DNA of 63,154 nt, the filler included, from Reclinomonas americana ATCC 50394 (lineage: Eukaryota): NCBI GenBank assembly GCA_048213135.1. It is 7 parts of 5 records of this genome, joined end to end, with 100 filler letters (N's around TTAATTAATTAA, not from the genome) between each part and the next. Parts side by side here need not be neighbours in the genome. Positions count along the whole stretch, not along the records: positions 44,999 to 60,478 come from PS015499.1; positions 60,579 to 63,154 come from PS015504.1; 5 more parts are not named here. One strand, written 5' to 3'. Under the pieces are notes generated by a model. It was not told where the DNA came from, ran no database searches, and worked only from the letters and a program-made list of their open reading frames with translations. Positions 50,701-63,154 of this stretch are shown here, piece by piece (the first letter of the stretch is position 1; every line of letters starts with the position of its first letter). The position numbers and the translations under genes are program-made.

Positions 50701-53700
50701 TGTGGTGCATACCCGACTGACAATGGCTGCGTGCGTGCGCCACAGGCTGCGTATTGCTGCCCGAATCAGTGCTCATGCACCTGTTCCGCGCTCTTTACGT
50801 GTGGTCGGAGAGCGACAGTCCTGAGTGCATGGATGAGACACGCAAGCTGGTCGCCCATGTGCAAGCGCAGTCGCATACACTCCCGTTCGACTTGCGACGA
50901 ATCGTCGACGACATTGCCGGGACGTTTGCCAACGACACCGACTTCCGCGCCGTCACCTTTGACGCTCGACTGGCAGCCATTCACGACCAGATGTGTCACT
51001 GCTTCACGATCTTGATGGCATTCTGGAAGCAAGTGGAGGAACGGACGCGAAGTGCGTGTTGCCACTCTTTTGTCTCGCCAGTCTGTTCAGCTTGCTATAC
51101 TCACCTGCTGCACACGCAGAGGAGAAGCTGGTGACGCTTCTCGTGTCACTGCAAGAGCACGAGCAAAAGTGCGCAGCCATGTTCCGGCGCATGCTGGACG
51201 ACTACCCCGCCAGTCACACACTGCTGTCCCTATTCGCCGATGTGAGTATCGTTTTGAGTACCTTATGCTCCTGCCGTGAATATCTGCTCACCGCCCCGTG
51301 CGGCACACACACACAGTTCCACGCCAACATTCGCAACGATTCGTGCGAAGCCGAGAGATGGTACCATTTGGCCGACCATGCGGCACAAAATGCACTGAAC
51401 GCCAACAGCACTGCGTTGCGAATCGGCGTCGGCAAGCACCAGGAGCAAGAGTTTTCGGTGACCGAGCTGGTGGAGGTGCATCATGTGCAGCACATGATGC
51501 TTATGATGTGCGCTGCTCACTTGCCCTTTTCCGCAGCGAATGATGCGCTTCAGTAGGGGCGGCGACTCGGAACTGAGTTTCCTTCCGGGCCTTGTGGTGG
51601 CCCGAGATTCCGTAAGTTTGGCCAGTGACATCACTGAGGACAACGAAGGTGGCCTAGAAATGCAAGAATTCGAGTCATGCACCTCGGTGAGCTCCGTCGC
51701 CGTGGATGCCGACGCCGACGGAGGAAATCGGCCGCCCAGCGCTCCAACTGAACAGAATTCCAGTCCGGCAAACAACACGGCATCGAGCCCAGTCGCTGAG
51801 TCGTCATCCACTGCTTTCACAGCTCCGCCGACGGCGGCGGCGGTGCCCGTCGGTGGACTCCTTGCTCCGGAGACATTGGTGCTTGGCGCCGCCGCTCGCC
51901 AGCGCACTCACCGCAAGTCTGGATTCCGGCGCAGTATCCAGAGGCATGAAGTTGCGCCGGTACTCGTGACGGCCGTGCACCCTTGTTTACTGTTTAAACT
52001 AACATCCTACTTCTACATCTTGTTGCATTCGCAGACTGTGAATGGAGGAGGTATATACGCAGATGAAATGTTTTTGATAGACTCTTGCGTACACTGTACT
52101 GAAGTGACAGTTGTGTTGCGTGCAGCAAAAGGGTCTCAGTCGCTGGAACACCTCGACTCCATCGGCGGCGTGGCAACCGATGTTGATGGCACAAGCACAA
52201 TGTTGAGTGCAACAACCGCACCGTCACTCAGCACTCTGCTTCTCACTCTCGTCTCTCCCCTGCAGGGACGTGGGCACCACTGTGACCACCGACGACGGTG
52301 GAATGTTGCGAGCCACGATTCTGGGCGAAAAGGTAATCTGGAATGAGATGCACCTCTGTGGCATGGTTGCCGACGCTCACCTTTTCTTTTTTGACCGCCC
52401 CTCTCCAGAACCCGGCTGTGCTCCGCGTACAATTGGCTTGGTGGTCGGTAGCCCTTGTGGCTGTGGCCATGGTTGTCTTCCTGTATGCGCACGCTTCGTC
52501 GATGAATGCACGCTTTGCGAGTGATCGAGCGGCCTTCAACACTCTGAGTCTTGCAGGGTACGAAGAGAGAGTGTGTGTGTTGGGATCAGCACTGTCCTCC
52601 CCGCGCCCGCTCACTTCTGCTCCCACTTACCAGCATGCACGCCGCAACGGGGGCCTACGCCTCGAGCAGCATGTCGCGAGTAGCGTCGGCGGGCGAGCTT
52701 GTGTACGCTCAATCACTGGCGAAGCAGAGTCTCAGTGGTCTGCGTGCTGCTGTCAAAGTACTTGAAACCAGAATGTTGCGTCGTCAGCTGCTCGTCTCCG
52801 CCTCGCTTTCCTTCACACGCCTCATCGATGGTCTCCTGCAGTGACACTCTGCAATCCATTCGAGACCGCAGCTCCACAATCACAGTGGAGTTTGACGGCA
52901 ACTATCCAATTCTTACGAGGCTGACCGGTATCGACTTGATGACCCTGTTTGCAGACTATTTGCAGGTTTTGTTCGGGGTGCGCGTGTCAGCTTGTTGAGT
53001 CCTCTCTCTCGCCTCACACGCATGTGCTTGTGTTTCCTCAACAGCAATTCCTGAGCACTGCACCAAACCGACTCGCCGACGCGCCGCTCTCGTCACCTTC
53101 GTACGCCTTTGTGGTGTTGAACACGCTGGTGACGAGGGAGGTGGGCGAGAAGGTGGCCACGGAGCAGCTGAGCCAATTCAATAGCGCTGCAACCAGTTTT
53201 GCACTGCAGGCGTGGATCGAGTTGGCCATTGCCTCGTGGTATGCCGATACACGTCGCTTGTGCTGCACCCGTAACGCGTACTAACTGGCTCGCCACGCAG
53301 TGTTGTGATTGGCCTGTTTCTGCTGCTGCTGGCGCCCACGCTGCTGCGACTGCGATCGCAGCTCAATCAAGCCGTTCTGGTGTTTCACTCAGTACCACAA
53401 CGAGCAGCTCGATCCATCCACCACTCGGTTCGCGACAATTACCTCACGTACCTCGCTCGTACCGAGGAAGCGCGCAAGGTGCGTTTATCTGTGCTGTCGC
53501 CAGCAGTAAGGTGGTCGGCGACTCACGCCTCCGATTAATTGCAGGGCCTTCAACCATCTACTACGCTGCAAACAAAATACCTGCCGACCGACTTTAATCG
53601 CAACGACTGCCAGTTCTCGCGTAGCATCATGTTCCGGGCCTTTGTGGTCATTTTCCTGGTGGCTCCAGTGATGATTTGCATTTCGTTGCGTCGCGCTTCA

Positions 53701-56700
53701 CTCTCCAGACCATACCCACCTCTCTGCTCATCGGCCATGATGGATCCCTTGCACTTTGTAGATATAGCGCCACGACGTCGGCCAACGAGGCGCTACGGCT
53801 GATGAACATCAACAGTCTGTCGCAACGCCGCGCAGCCGACCTCAGCCTCGCCACCATGACTTCCACCGAGCTGATCTACCCGACTGGTGTCTTGCCGCTC
53901 GACTTGGCGTTACAGGCCACGCAAAGCTACCTCAACGATGTTACGCCCTGCTTGCCTTTCTTGACTGCTTTTAGTTCGACTTGCCTTGCCTGACCACGTG
54001 AGGCACAGGCGATCAGTGAATCAAACCAGTTGGCACAGAGTCTGGGCTCGCTCGGATGGGACAGCGAAATCGACCAGAAGATGCACGACGCCTTGTACAA
54101 GGACCGCTGCCAGTACGTGGACAATACCACGCCCGAGTGGCAGGCCATGATTCAGTGCTCGCCAGTGAACACTGTGGTTTGTCACGCGCATGCCACCTTG
54201 CCTGCGTTTCCATCCCGGTTTGTGCTCATTTTTCGTGCCTCTGTGCGTAGCTGTATACGGTGCTGGAGACGTTCGAGTTCCTCACCAATTCGCTCGACAC
54301 CTCCGGCTCGGCCACTTCGGCGGTGGTCGACGCACTAAATCTGATCGAGGCCGCCAAGCTGGTGCTGCAACCGTATTTTGACTTGGTGGCGCAGGTTTGT
54401 TTGGCGGTTTGGGGATTGCACTGGCTCGTCGCCGATCTAATAGGACTGCTGTGATGCGCAGATGCTTGATACGGGCTACGGTCGCTTCACAGCCAAAATC
54501 ACGTTGCTGGCAGAGATTGCGATGGCCATTGGCATTGTGGTGATTGCCGTCGGCTCAGTCGTGTTTGTCATGCGACCGCTGTCGCAAGCCGATCACAACT
54601 TGCGCTTTTTCAAGGAGGTGCTGCTGTTTGTACCACAGTCTGTGGTGAACGCCGAGCCGGACCTGCAAACGCATCTGCTTCCTCGTTGCGCACATGCTCT
54701 TGTCCAGCTCTCTAGCGTAAGCCTTGTGACTGACACTTGCGCAGACGCACTTCTCATTTCGATGGAGTTGAATCGCACGCTGAACGAGACGGAGCACAAG
54801 ATTCGTGGTCTCACGAGCAGTTGTGTCTGCCCTTCACAGAACTGTACAGAATAGACGGTCACTCACATCACCTCTTCTCGCAATTAAAACAGCCATGGGT
54901 TTCATCATGACGACGGAGACGGTGAGTCGAATCCACTCCTCTCTGATGCGCAAGTCACTCACTCGTTGCACGGGCTCGCACGCGCACAGGGCATGGTCGA
55001 TTCCATCAACCAGCGCGTCACCAAGCTGCTTGGCTGGACACCCGACGATCTCGTTGGTCGACACGTCAAGGTGATGAGCATTTTCTTCACCTTCACCGCT
55101 TGTGTTGATGCTGACAGAGTGGACTGCTTCGCCAGCTTATGATTCCGCCGGAGCAACACACACGGCACGACAACATTTTCAAAAGCGTCGCCGCACGTAA
55201 TGCTGCAGTGGGCGTGCTGGCTGGTGCCCAGCAGCAGGCAATCGCAGTTCGCGGGCGCACAGTGGAGGTAACATTATGCCGTGTGTGCACACTCACACAG
55301 CGTTGGAACTCATGGCTCACACGCTGTACACACAGGTGGTGCGAATCGACGGCTCCCGTGCCAGTATGCAGTTGTCTGTTGTCGAATGCAAGGTCAGGGA
55401 GCAGACGTATTTCGCGGCAATGCTGCGCGACTACACTAGCGAGGCAGTGTCGTTGAAGAAGGTGGCTCAACGGCAGCAGACGGTGCGTGAGACTTGTTCT
55501 GCTTTGCTCGGTATTCTGTTCGCTCCTGCTGATTCGTGCATCACAGGTCCACAAGCTCGCCACATCCATGAATCAAGCCGTGGTGGTCACCGACACTGAC
55601 GGCGTCATGCAACTGGTGAATCCAGCCGCTCTGGCCCTCTGGGGCTACTCGATGAACTCGGAGCTTGTGGGCCGCAACGTAAGCATGCTGGTACCGCCGG
55701 CGCTGGGCGAGACCCATCGACTGTTGCGACTTCTTTGGAGTACACTTCTGCCTGCAAGGAGATGTAATGTGCTGACTCTGTGGTTTTGCAGTCATGTGGC
55801 CCGCATGAAGGAGATACCGCCTGGCGACGAGTGGTGCACACGTGCACGCAAGTTGCGTGCGCACCACTCATTGGAGAAGTCTGCTACTCTCTGCAACTTG
55901 CCAGTTGCTGATCGATGTACGTTTTTTCGTTGCAGTGGTCGCGATGTCAGTGGCCTGCATAGCTCCGGTCGTATCCTGCAACTGTTCCACTCTGTCGTCA
56001 ACGTGATCGTGGCCGACGGTCGACGCTACTACTGTGCCATTGTGCGAGATAATGTTGCGGCGGCGATGGAGAGGGCGCGATTGGAGGAAAAGGTGGATGA
56101 AATGGCCAATCTCATGGCCATGTCCACCGATGCCGTTGCGTGGCTCACCTATCGCAGTATTATCCTTGTTGCTACTTACTTTGCATACAACCATGCGAAG
56201 ATCTTGTGGGTGGCGTCCACCGGACGCATCAAATGGTGCAATGTCGCCGCCACCCGCATTCTTGGACGCTCGGCAGAGGAGTTGGTGGAAGCCGACGGTG
56301 CGAGTGTGTATGTGTGTATGCTGCTGACAGACTGTCTGTGATCTTGCTGATCCGTCTTTCTTCACAACGCAGAGCGACCGGGTACAGGTATCGAGGACAT
56401 TCTGCGCTCCACCCTTCTGTCGTCAGTGGCGTCGGCATGGCCACGGGGTGCAGAGGCTACCATCACGAAAAAGGACAAGTCGACGTTGCGTTGCTCGTCA
56501 GTGGCCACTGCTATGAGCTGTAAGTTAGTTTGCTGATTGTGGACTGTTGTTGCTGCAATAGTTTCATGAGCTACATCACCGCTCGCGAGTGTGATATCGA
56601 CGGCGAATCCCGCACCATTGTCCGCATCGCTGGCGAGTGCAACAATCAGCTGCAGCAAGTGCGGAATCAGCTGCAAACAAACTCGCTGCAGAATCGGGTA

Positions 56701-57928
56701 TGTTTGCTTGCTTGCTTGTTGTACAAGCCACCTGATGTCACATAGACGCCGCTCACGCAGTATTCTTTCGTTTGTACAGTTGCTGTCGATATCGTTCCAA
56801 CCCGACGCGCTCAAGACGCTGCTCGGACGCTTTACTGACCAAGAGCTCGCACCATCGGTGAGTGCCCACGGCAAGGTTGCTTATCGCGCCTTCGCTCACA
56901 TCTCGTTTGCGCAGGCGGTTGTGGATGCTGCGTCGCAGCAGATGATGTTCACCTTCCACCCCGACGTCACGTGTGTCTTTATCAAAATGTCATCGATCAA
57001 GCGACGCACTGCTGCAAGTGAGTGCCACTGCTGCCTGCCTGCCTGTCAGCCGCTCCCGACCTTGTTACTCACTCACTGCTTGCGACAGACCCCGATGGCG
57101 CACCACTTGACATTATCGACAAGGTCACCGTTCTCCACCGGCTGTTTGCGGCATTTGATCGCTCTGCCGGCTTCCACGGTATCAGTCGCATCAAAACAAT
57201 CGGTCAGCAACGTGTCGGTGCAGTGACTGCGTAACGATGAGCCTGTTGCTAATTGTGAGTGGGCAGGGTCGGCTTACCTGGCCGTGGGCGGAATGCGTCC
57301 AACCGATAATCAGGACCATGCAAGAGCGTCGATTGAATTTGCCATTGCCGCCAAGCAGGAACTGAATCGAATGGTACGCCAAGAGATCAAGTCTGCGCGC
57401 ACTTGATGAGGAGAACGCATCTGATTTGTGGGGTTGTAGGGTGAATACGACATTGCGTTCCGCATCGGCATCAACTCTGGACCCATGACGTCGGGCATTG
57501 TTGCCGGACTCATCCCCACGTTTGATGTGTACGGAGGTGTGTACCGAAGTTTACTTGCTTGCCTCTGCCATACACTCATCACATTTTGCGCCGCAGACTC
57601 GGTGAACATGGCGTCGAGAATGGAGAGTTCGGCACCGTACGGCAAGATTCAGCTCAGCGAGGTTTGCCCCTGTTGGTCTTGAGCTTTTATTTACTTGCTG
57701 TATGTCTAACATGCGTGCTCTCTCTTTTTCTGTCTGTAGTCGACTCATCGGCTCGTCCGCGGCTCCTACAGTGTGCAGACGACATCTGTAACAGGTGCAC
57801 GCGAGAGCCGCGTCTTCCAACAAGTTTTTTTTGCTGACACTGTACTTCTTCTGTCTCTGTGTGTCGCAGTCAAGGGCATTGGTATGGTCACCACCTACGT
57901 GCTTGCCGATGCACAGGCACGCAGATAA
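47729..57928 (+). CDS. TmcB/TmcC-like multi-pass membrane protein with three PAS domains and a C-terminal class III nucleotidyl cyclase domain (about 42 introns)
   Basis: Hydrophobic N-terminal exons; helical motif FRRMLDDYPASHTLLSLFAD-FHANIRNDSCEAERWY; PAS segments INQRVTKLLGWTPDDLVGRHVK-LMIPPE, VNPAALALWGYS..ELVGRNVSMLVP, CNVAATRILGRSAEELV; cyclase RIKTIG-SAYLAVGG, FRIGINSGP, FDVYG-DSVNMASRMES, VKGIG; stop at 57928. Confidence 0.88.
48397..48856. repeat. About 155-165-bp tandem repeat (3 copies) in intron 2 of the PAS/cyclase gene
   Basis: gaggc(g/a)aaagctg...gattgcagtatc...gagacgtgctgacgcagcact.gtgcgtggg...gcagtgcgacaca at 48397, 48562 and 48716. Confidence 0.9.
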
Positions 57929-58062
57929 TAGCTGCGACGTCGGTTTCCTAGAAAAAACACAATTAATCAACTTCATAATGTAATTCCAGACCTCCACTTA
58001 TAAATGATTCATTGAACACACACTTTCGTTATTACTGTACTATGCCACACATATACACACGC

Positions 58063-60150
58063 TCACGCAGAGCGGCGCACTCGAATGCTGCCCATCATAC
58101 CACCATCCTCGTGCTCGAGAATGTGGCAATGGTAGACAAAGTCACCAGCGACGCGGAATGTGACTTCCACCGTCGTCGGGTAGGCCTTGCAGCCGTTGCG
58201 ACCGGTTCTCCAGTCGTCCACTGTCTCACAGGTGCCGTCGGCGGCCACAATGGAGATATTGTCATACATGAGTCCGGTGGCTGTCAGCGTCTTGTTGATG
58301 TTGTAGGAGGAGAGGACGCGGAACTTGACCTGGTGAATGTGGAAGTTGTGGTGTTCTTGCGCCACGTTGATCACCTGCCACACTTCGGTGACGGGCTCAT
58401 TGTTCGGGCCGAGCGACACGCAAATGGCGGGTGAATTGTGGTCGTAGGCCGCCACGTCGGTGAAGGAACCGGGCACCGAGTTGCCGGCTTCGTCGATCAC
58501 GTCCGAGCCAATGCCGAAGGAGTTGTGATCCGAGGCCGGAATCAAGAGGAAGATGCGACGCTGGTATCCAACCGGCAGTGGCTTGCATGTCGGATCCGGG
58601 GCGAAACGCGAATTGTCAGCGTTGAGTTCCTTGGTGATGGATGGCGGTTCCGCCTGCACCTGATGCTGCGGGTCCACATACAGACTTGCTGGTGGAGTCG
58701 GGCAGGAGAACTTGCCCCACGACGAGGACACCGGTCCGAAGCGCAGAGTCGCCAAGTCTACCGCGGGCCATCGGTCGCCAATGGGACCCGTGTCGACGCC
58801 ACTGGAGCGCAAGATGGCGGTGGCACCCACTGGCGGCGTGACGATGATGCCGTCGGCGTTGCGGTAGGTGACCCAGATTTCCACTCGTGAGGCCGGCATC
58901 ATGAGGAAGGAGAGGGCGCAGATCGGCTGCTCTGCCGGCGTCCGACCCTTGGCCGTGCCGGGACACGTGATCGGCAGGAAGACGTCGTTGGTGATGTGAT
59001 CAATCTTTCCCGCATCGCCCGGCAGTGTCACACTGACGCCGTCGAGCGCGACCACCTGCGCCAGCATTGTGGCCTGTCGCTTGGGGTCGAACAGTTCCAG
59101 CTGATACGACACGCTGGGCGACGCATTGGTGATGCGCCAGATCTCGCCGCCGCACGTGTTGATGGCCATGGTCGGGAACACTTGTCCGTTCACCGTGAGG
59201 AACCACCGCCCACCGCGGAAGTCGTCGTCCTCTGTCTGTACACCGTTGCAGTAGCCCTTGCGCATGTCGCTCAAGTCGGTGGTGGCGGTGAGGTTGCAGA
59301 AGCCGATGCCGGGCTGGTCGGCGCGTGTGCCGTCGGCCAGCACTTGCGTGTCCTTCAGGATGAGATGGCGAGTGCGGATGTTGGACTTGAAGCTGGTGCA
59401 CTCCTTGGTGCACACGTACTTGAAGACGTCGCCAATGGTGATGATGCCTCCCATGCCAGCCATCAAGTGGTTGGCCGACAGACCGTGGGTGTGCGAGTGG
59501 AACCAGTAGAGGCCGTGCGGGTGGCTCGGCGGCAGGTTGATCACGTAGTCGATGGAGAGCACCGAGTACACAAAGCTCGTGTCGTTGTGGTGCATGGGAC
59601 CGGGCATGCCGTTGCCTGGGTTGAAAACGAGGACGTACGAGTAGTCGCCGTAGGTGGGATCGTCGGGCGTCGCCACGCGCGGCGACGTCAGGAAGCCGTG
59701 GTAGTGCAAGTTGATCGGGTTTTGCGCCAGGTACTCCATTCCCGGCTCCTCTTGATGGCGGCCGGTGGAGGGCGGCAGCAGATTGACGAGATGCACGCGC
59801 AGTGTGTCGCCAGGCTCCAAGTGGAGACGACCACCCGACAAGTCTGCGCCCATGGAGGTGCCGGGCGGACACGAGAGGAGGCCCTTGATGTCGCCGAGCC
59901 GCATGCTGTTCGGCAGCCAGCACAGCTCATGCAGCCACCCATTCGGCACCACACCGCGGTACGTGAGCTGCGGCAGCGGCACTACTCGGGCGATCATGGC
60001 CACATTCAGCATGCCGTCCCGACTCTTCAACGTCGGCGGTTCCGCCAACACAATACCGTTGGTCGCCAGTGGCATCGCGAACAAGGAAACAACGACGGCG
60101 CATGTCGCCAGTGCGACAAAGAGCAGGTGCGCCGGGGCTACGGCGTTCAT
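58063..60150 (-). CDS. Secreted three-domain multicopper oxidase (laccase-like, bacterial type), intronless CDS
   Basis: Uninterrupted ORF of about 695 aa from ATG 60150; hydrophobic leader; four Cu motifs NLHYHG, WFHSHTH, HHNFHIHQ, YHCHILEHEDGGMM. Confidence 0.95.
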   Translation of the reverse strand: MNAVAPAHLLFVALATCAVVVSLFAMPLATNGIVLAEPPTLKSRDGMLNVAMIARVVPLPQLTYRGVVPNGWLHELCWLPNSMRLGDIKGLLSCPPGTSMGADLSGGRLHLEPGDTLRVHLVNLLPPSTGRHQEEPGMEYLAQNPINLHYHGFLTSPRVATPDDPTYGDYSYVLVFNPGNGMPGPMHHNDTSFVYSVLSIDYVINLPPSHPHGLYWFHSHTHGLSANHLMAGMGGIITIGDVFKYVCTKECTSFKSNIRTRHLILKDTQVLADGTRADQPGIGFCNLTATTDLSDMRKGYCNGVQTEDDDFRGGRWFLTVNGQVFPTMAINTCGGEIWRITNASPSVSYQLELFDPKRQATMLAQVVALDGVSVTLPGDAGKIDHITNDVFLPITCPGTAKGRTPAEQPICALSFLMMPASRVEIWVTYRNADGIIVTPPVGATAILRSSGVDTGPIGDRWPAVDLATLRFGPVSSSWGKFSCPTPPASLYVDPQHQVQAEPPSITKELNADNSRFAPDPTCKPLPVGYQRRIFLLIPASDHNSFGIGSDVIDEAGNSVPGSFTDVAAYDHNSPAICVSLGPNNEPVTEVWQVINVAQEHHNFHIHQVKFRVLSSYNINKTLTATGLMYDNISIVAADGTCETVDDWRTGRNGCKAYPTTVEVTFRVAGDFVYHCHILEHEDGGMMGSIRVRRSA

Positions 60151-60400
60151 ATCTGTGTGCGAAAACACAAAAACGACACATTAGCATCGATCGTCATCCA
60201 TCCAAATGCGGAGACAGTGAATACCAACGAAAACACACGACACCTTGTTTCGCGAATGAAGGCTGAATGATGTGGAGGAGGCAGAGGTGGGGGCAGGAAA
60301 GGAGACGGAGGATTCTGCGTGTAGTCAACAGTAAGTTGTCTTTCTCGCGATGGTGTGCACTTTGTTGTGTAGTCACTCACCAACAGTCCGCGGGATTCGA

Positions 60401-60464
<64 letters not shown>

Positions 60465-60878
60465 CGGGAGGCGGTAGANNNNNNNNNNNNNNNNNNNNNN
60501 NNNNNNNNNNNNNNNNNNNNNNTTAATTAATTAANNNNNNNNNNNNNNNNNNNNNNNNNNNNNNNNNNNNNNNNNNNNTCATCATGCAGCTGTGTTGCTG
60601 TTTGGATTAGTAAAGATGTTGTTGTTGTTGCTTCATTCCTGTTGGTTGACACCGGTGCTCATTTCAGAATTGTGTATATATGCGTTCCTGCTCGTAACTG
60701 CTCTTGACGATCACCATGAAGCTGTAGTGCGGTTTGTCGATTACCAGAAGGCGCCACACCACAGCCCTCCCTGCTTCCGCTGCCTGCAATCCGAAACAAA
60801 ATCCATTCATCCATTGACGTCGCGCGTCCCAATGCACCAATCCAATTTGTCCCCGACGTCAATCGTGTTTCCGACTCA

Positions 60879-62788
60879 ATGGCGCTCTCCGAGTCACGCG
60901 TGGCCGAGAAGCTGCGCAACGTCAAGTCCACACCGGAAAGCATCCAGAGTTGCGCAGACGAAGAGCGAAAGAGAACGACGGCGACGAGAGAGAGGAGACA
61001 GGGGTTTGCCTTTCTCGGACATGCACATCCCCCGCTTCACACACGCACATACACACACTCCCACTGTCTATCCTGCTTGTTCGCACTCCGCATCTCGTGC
61101 GCTGTGCCCATGATCGTGTGCATTGATGCTCTGCCTCCACCGATCACTCTCACTCTCTCACACACTCACTCTCCCTCTCCTGTGCTCTCACTCAGCACTA
61201 TGCCACTGGTTCCTGCACCATCGCGATCACGCTCGACAACTCGTCGATGTGTGGAAGACGGAGCTTGTGAAAGGTTTGCGTTTGTGCACACACTTTGATG
61301 GACAGCATCGAATCGTTTTCCAAAGCTCAACTGTTGTTGTTGTTGTTGGTGCGCAGCCACACACGACAGTCTGCAGCTGTCCATGTTCTACGTGGCCAAC
61401 GATGTGCTGCAAAATTCGCGTCGCAAGGGATACTCGGCGTTGATTGAGGAGTTTCAACGCGCGCTGCCCGAAGTCGTCGGTCACATGGCCAGGTGAGTGA
61501 GCGCGTTGAGGACTGAGTGTGGGGTGAGTGTGTGCTGAGCGTTGGGATTGTGCAGGAAATCGAGGGAGAGCACGACCAAGCGAGTGCTGCACACGATCGA
61601 CATTTGGGGCCAGCGACAGGTGTTTGATCACAGCTTCCTCAAGTCATTAGCGACCATGGTATCGAATCTGGGAGTTTCGTGTCCACATTGCTGGTGTTCG
61701 CTCGTCTCCCTCGCATGTTTTTTCCGACGACGACGACGATTGCGCAGAAATCTGCCACCGTGCCCTCCTCGGCCGCTGCATCGTCGACGGTGCCGTCAGC
61801 AGCCAGGCGAACAAGCCTGCCGGCGGTTAGTTTGTGTGTGTGTGTGTGTGGGAGCGTCACAGGGTGTTAGTCCTTTCCTGCCCCTCACTCCCAGCGCTGC
61901 ATCAAGCCAGGTTCTCCTTGCTTCGCTTGCTGCCACCTCTGTGTTTGCGCGCTCTTCGTCTCTCTCTCTCCCTCCCTTCTCCCTTCTCCCTTCTCCTTCT
62001 CCCTTCTCCTTCTCCCTTCCCCTCACCCCCTCCCTCTCCCTTCTCTCTCCCTTCTCCCTCCCCCTTCTCCCTCCCCCTTCTCCCTTCCCCTCACCCCCTC
62101 CCCCTCCCTTCGCAGGACGACCCGGTCGCCAAAGCTCTCATCGCGCTGCGCAATGTGCACGCCGAAGAGAAAGCCATGAAGGAGGACTACGACGCTCTGC
62201 CGGGCGTCTACTTTTCGGGAACCGTCGACGGTGACTCTTTTTATTCTCTCGATCCGTGCCTCTTGTCTCTCTCTCACCCTCTCTCTCCATTCGGCAGAGA
62301 TTGTCGGCACGCGCGATCCCAGTGTCGTGGAGAGCGAGGTGCGCGAGGCGCTCCGCCTCATGCAGCAGCAGGCCGAGTCCATTACTCGCAATGTCGAGCA
62401 GCGACGCAAATCGATTTCCGAATTCCGGCGTCTGGTGGAGCTGTGTGAGCAGGAGATTGAGGCAGCTGAGGCGCAATTGGCGCAACGCACCTCTCGCTGC
62501 ACGAAACTTGAATCTGTTTTGCAAGAGCTCGAGGTACGGCCGTCGATGGGGAACAGTGATGCCGACGGTGATGATGTTGACATTTCATTTCTGTTGACTC
62601 TGCAGTCTCTCGACCCGATGACACTGGCGAGTGCTGCCAATGCTGCGCGCTCGCCCACCGTCGGCGACGATGTGGACGCGGGCGATTCACCACCGCGCAA
62701 GCGACCACGCACCACTGGGCCACCACGCTCACCACCCGGACCTCCACCACCACTCGAGTCGGAGGACTTTGTCAAATCGCTGTTGCAT
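60879..62788 (+). CDS. RNA polymerase II CTD-interacting domain protein (RPRD1/Rtt103-like), multi-exon, continues past the window
   Basis: MALSESRVAEKLRNVKSTPESIQ-TLCHWFLHHRDHARQLVDVWKTEL, LQLSMFYVANDVLQNSRRKG, KRVLHTIDIWGQRQVFD, followed by a coiled-coil segment. Confidence 0.88.
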
Positions 62789-63154
62789 GTGCGTGGGTGG
62801 TGGTGTCGCAGTGATCCTTGTATGTCTGCGTGTCTTTCTTCGTGTCTGTGTGTCAGTCTCCCTCATTGTCTCTCCTTTTATCTCTCTCTCTCTCTCAGTC
62901 TCTTTCGTTCTCTCCTTGCTTTCTCTCTCTCTCTCCCTCAGTTTCTCTCTTGCTCTCAATCTCTTCTCATCTTGCTCACTCTGTTTCTCTCTCTCTCTCT
63001 CTCTTTGCTTTTTCTCTCTATCTTTTCGTCTGTGTATCTGTCAGTCTGTCTGTCTCCTTTCATCTCTCCCTCTCCCTCTCCCTTTCCCTCGCCCGCCATC
63101 TCTCTCCCACCTCCCTCTCCCTCTCCTTCTCTCCCTCTCCCTCTCTCTCTCCGT

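Noticed and set aside
58996..60270. 424-aa plus-strand ORF overlapping the oxidase
   Set aside because: Antisense shadow of a GC-rich CDS with no recognisable motifs

Overview
Intron-dense genomic DNA from a eukaryotic microbe, probably a flagellated protist (inferred from an axonemal dynein light chain domain gene; the taxon cannot be fixed from sequence alone). It is a draft scaffold with N gaps, six 44N-TTAATTAATTAA-44N spacers and TACG-cycle junk at contig ends. Most introns are about 55-90 nt, so the ORF track gives only exon fragments. Manual splicing yields ten genes: an RGS-domain 3' end (+), a class I cyclic nucleotide phosphodiesterase (-), an AXDND1-like protein (-), Vps34 (+), ribonucleotide reductase large subunit (-), a YggC/Yfh7-like P-loop kinase (+), a giant Gly-rich/Ig/cadherin-repeat surface protein with about one repeat per exon (+), a TmcB-like membrane protein with three PAS domains and a cyclase domain (+), an intronless bacterial-type multicopper oxidase (-) and an RPRD1/Rtt103-like CID protein (+, partial). 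The strongest unexplained signal is in the splice sites. At least 22 introns start GTTGCG, GTTGAGT or GTTACG, the local consensus with an extra T. They lack +5G and almost always follow an exon ending in a non-G base. Other highlights are a 5-exon higher-order duplication in the cadherin array, a cyclase lacking both metal-binding Asp residues, an RNR with a degenerate ATP cone, and a likely horizontally acquired oxidase. All exon boundaries and family calls are by eye, without transcripts or database searches.
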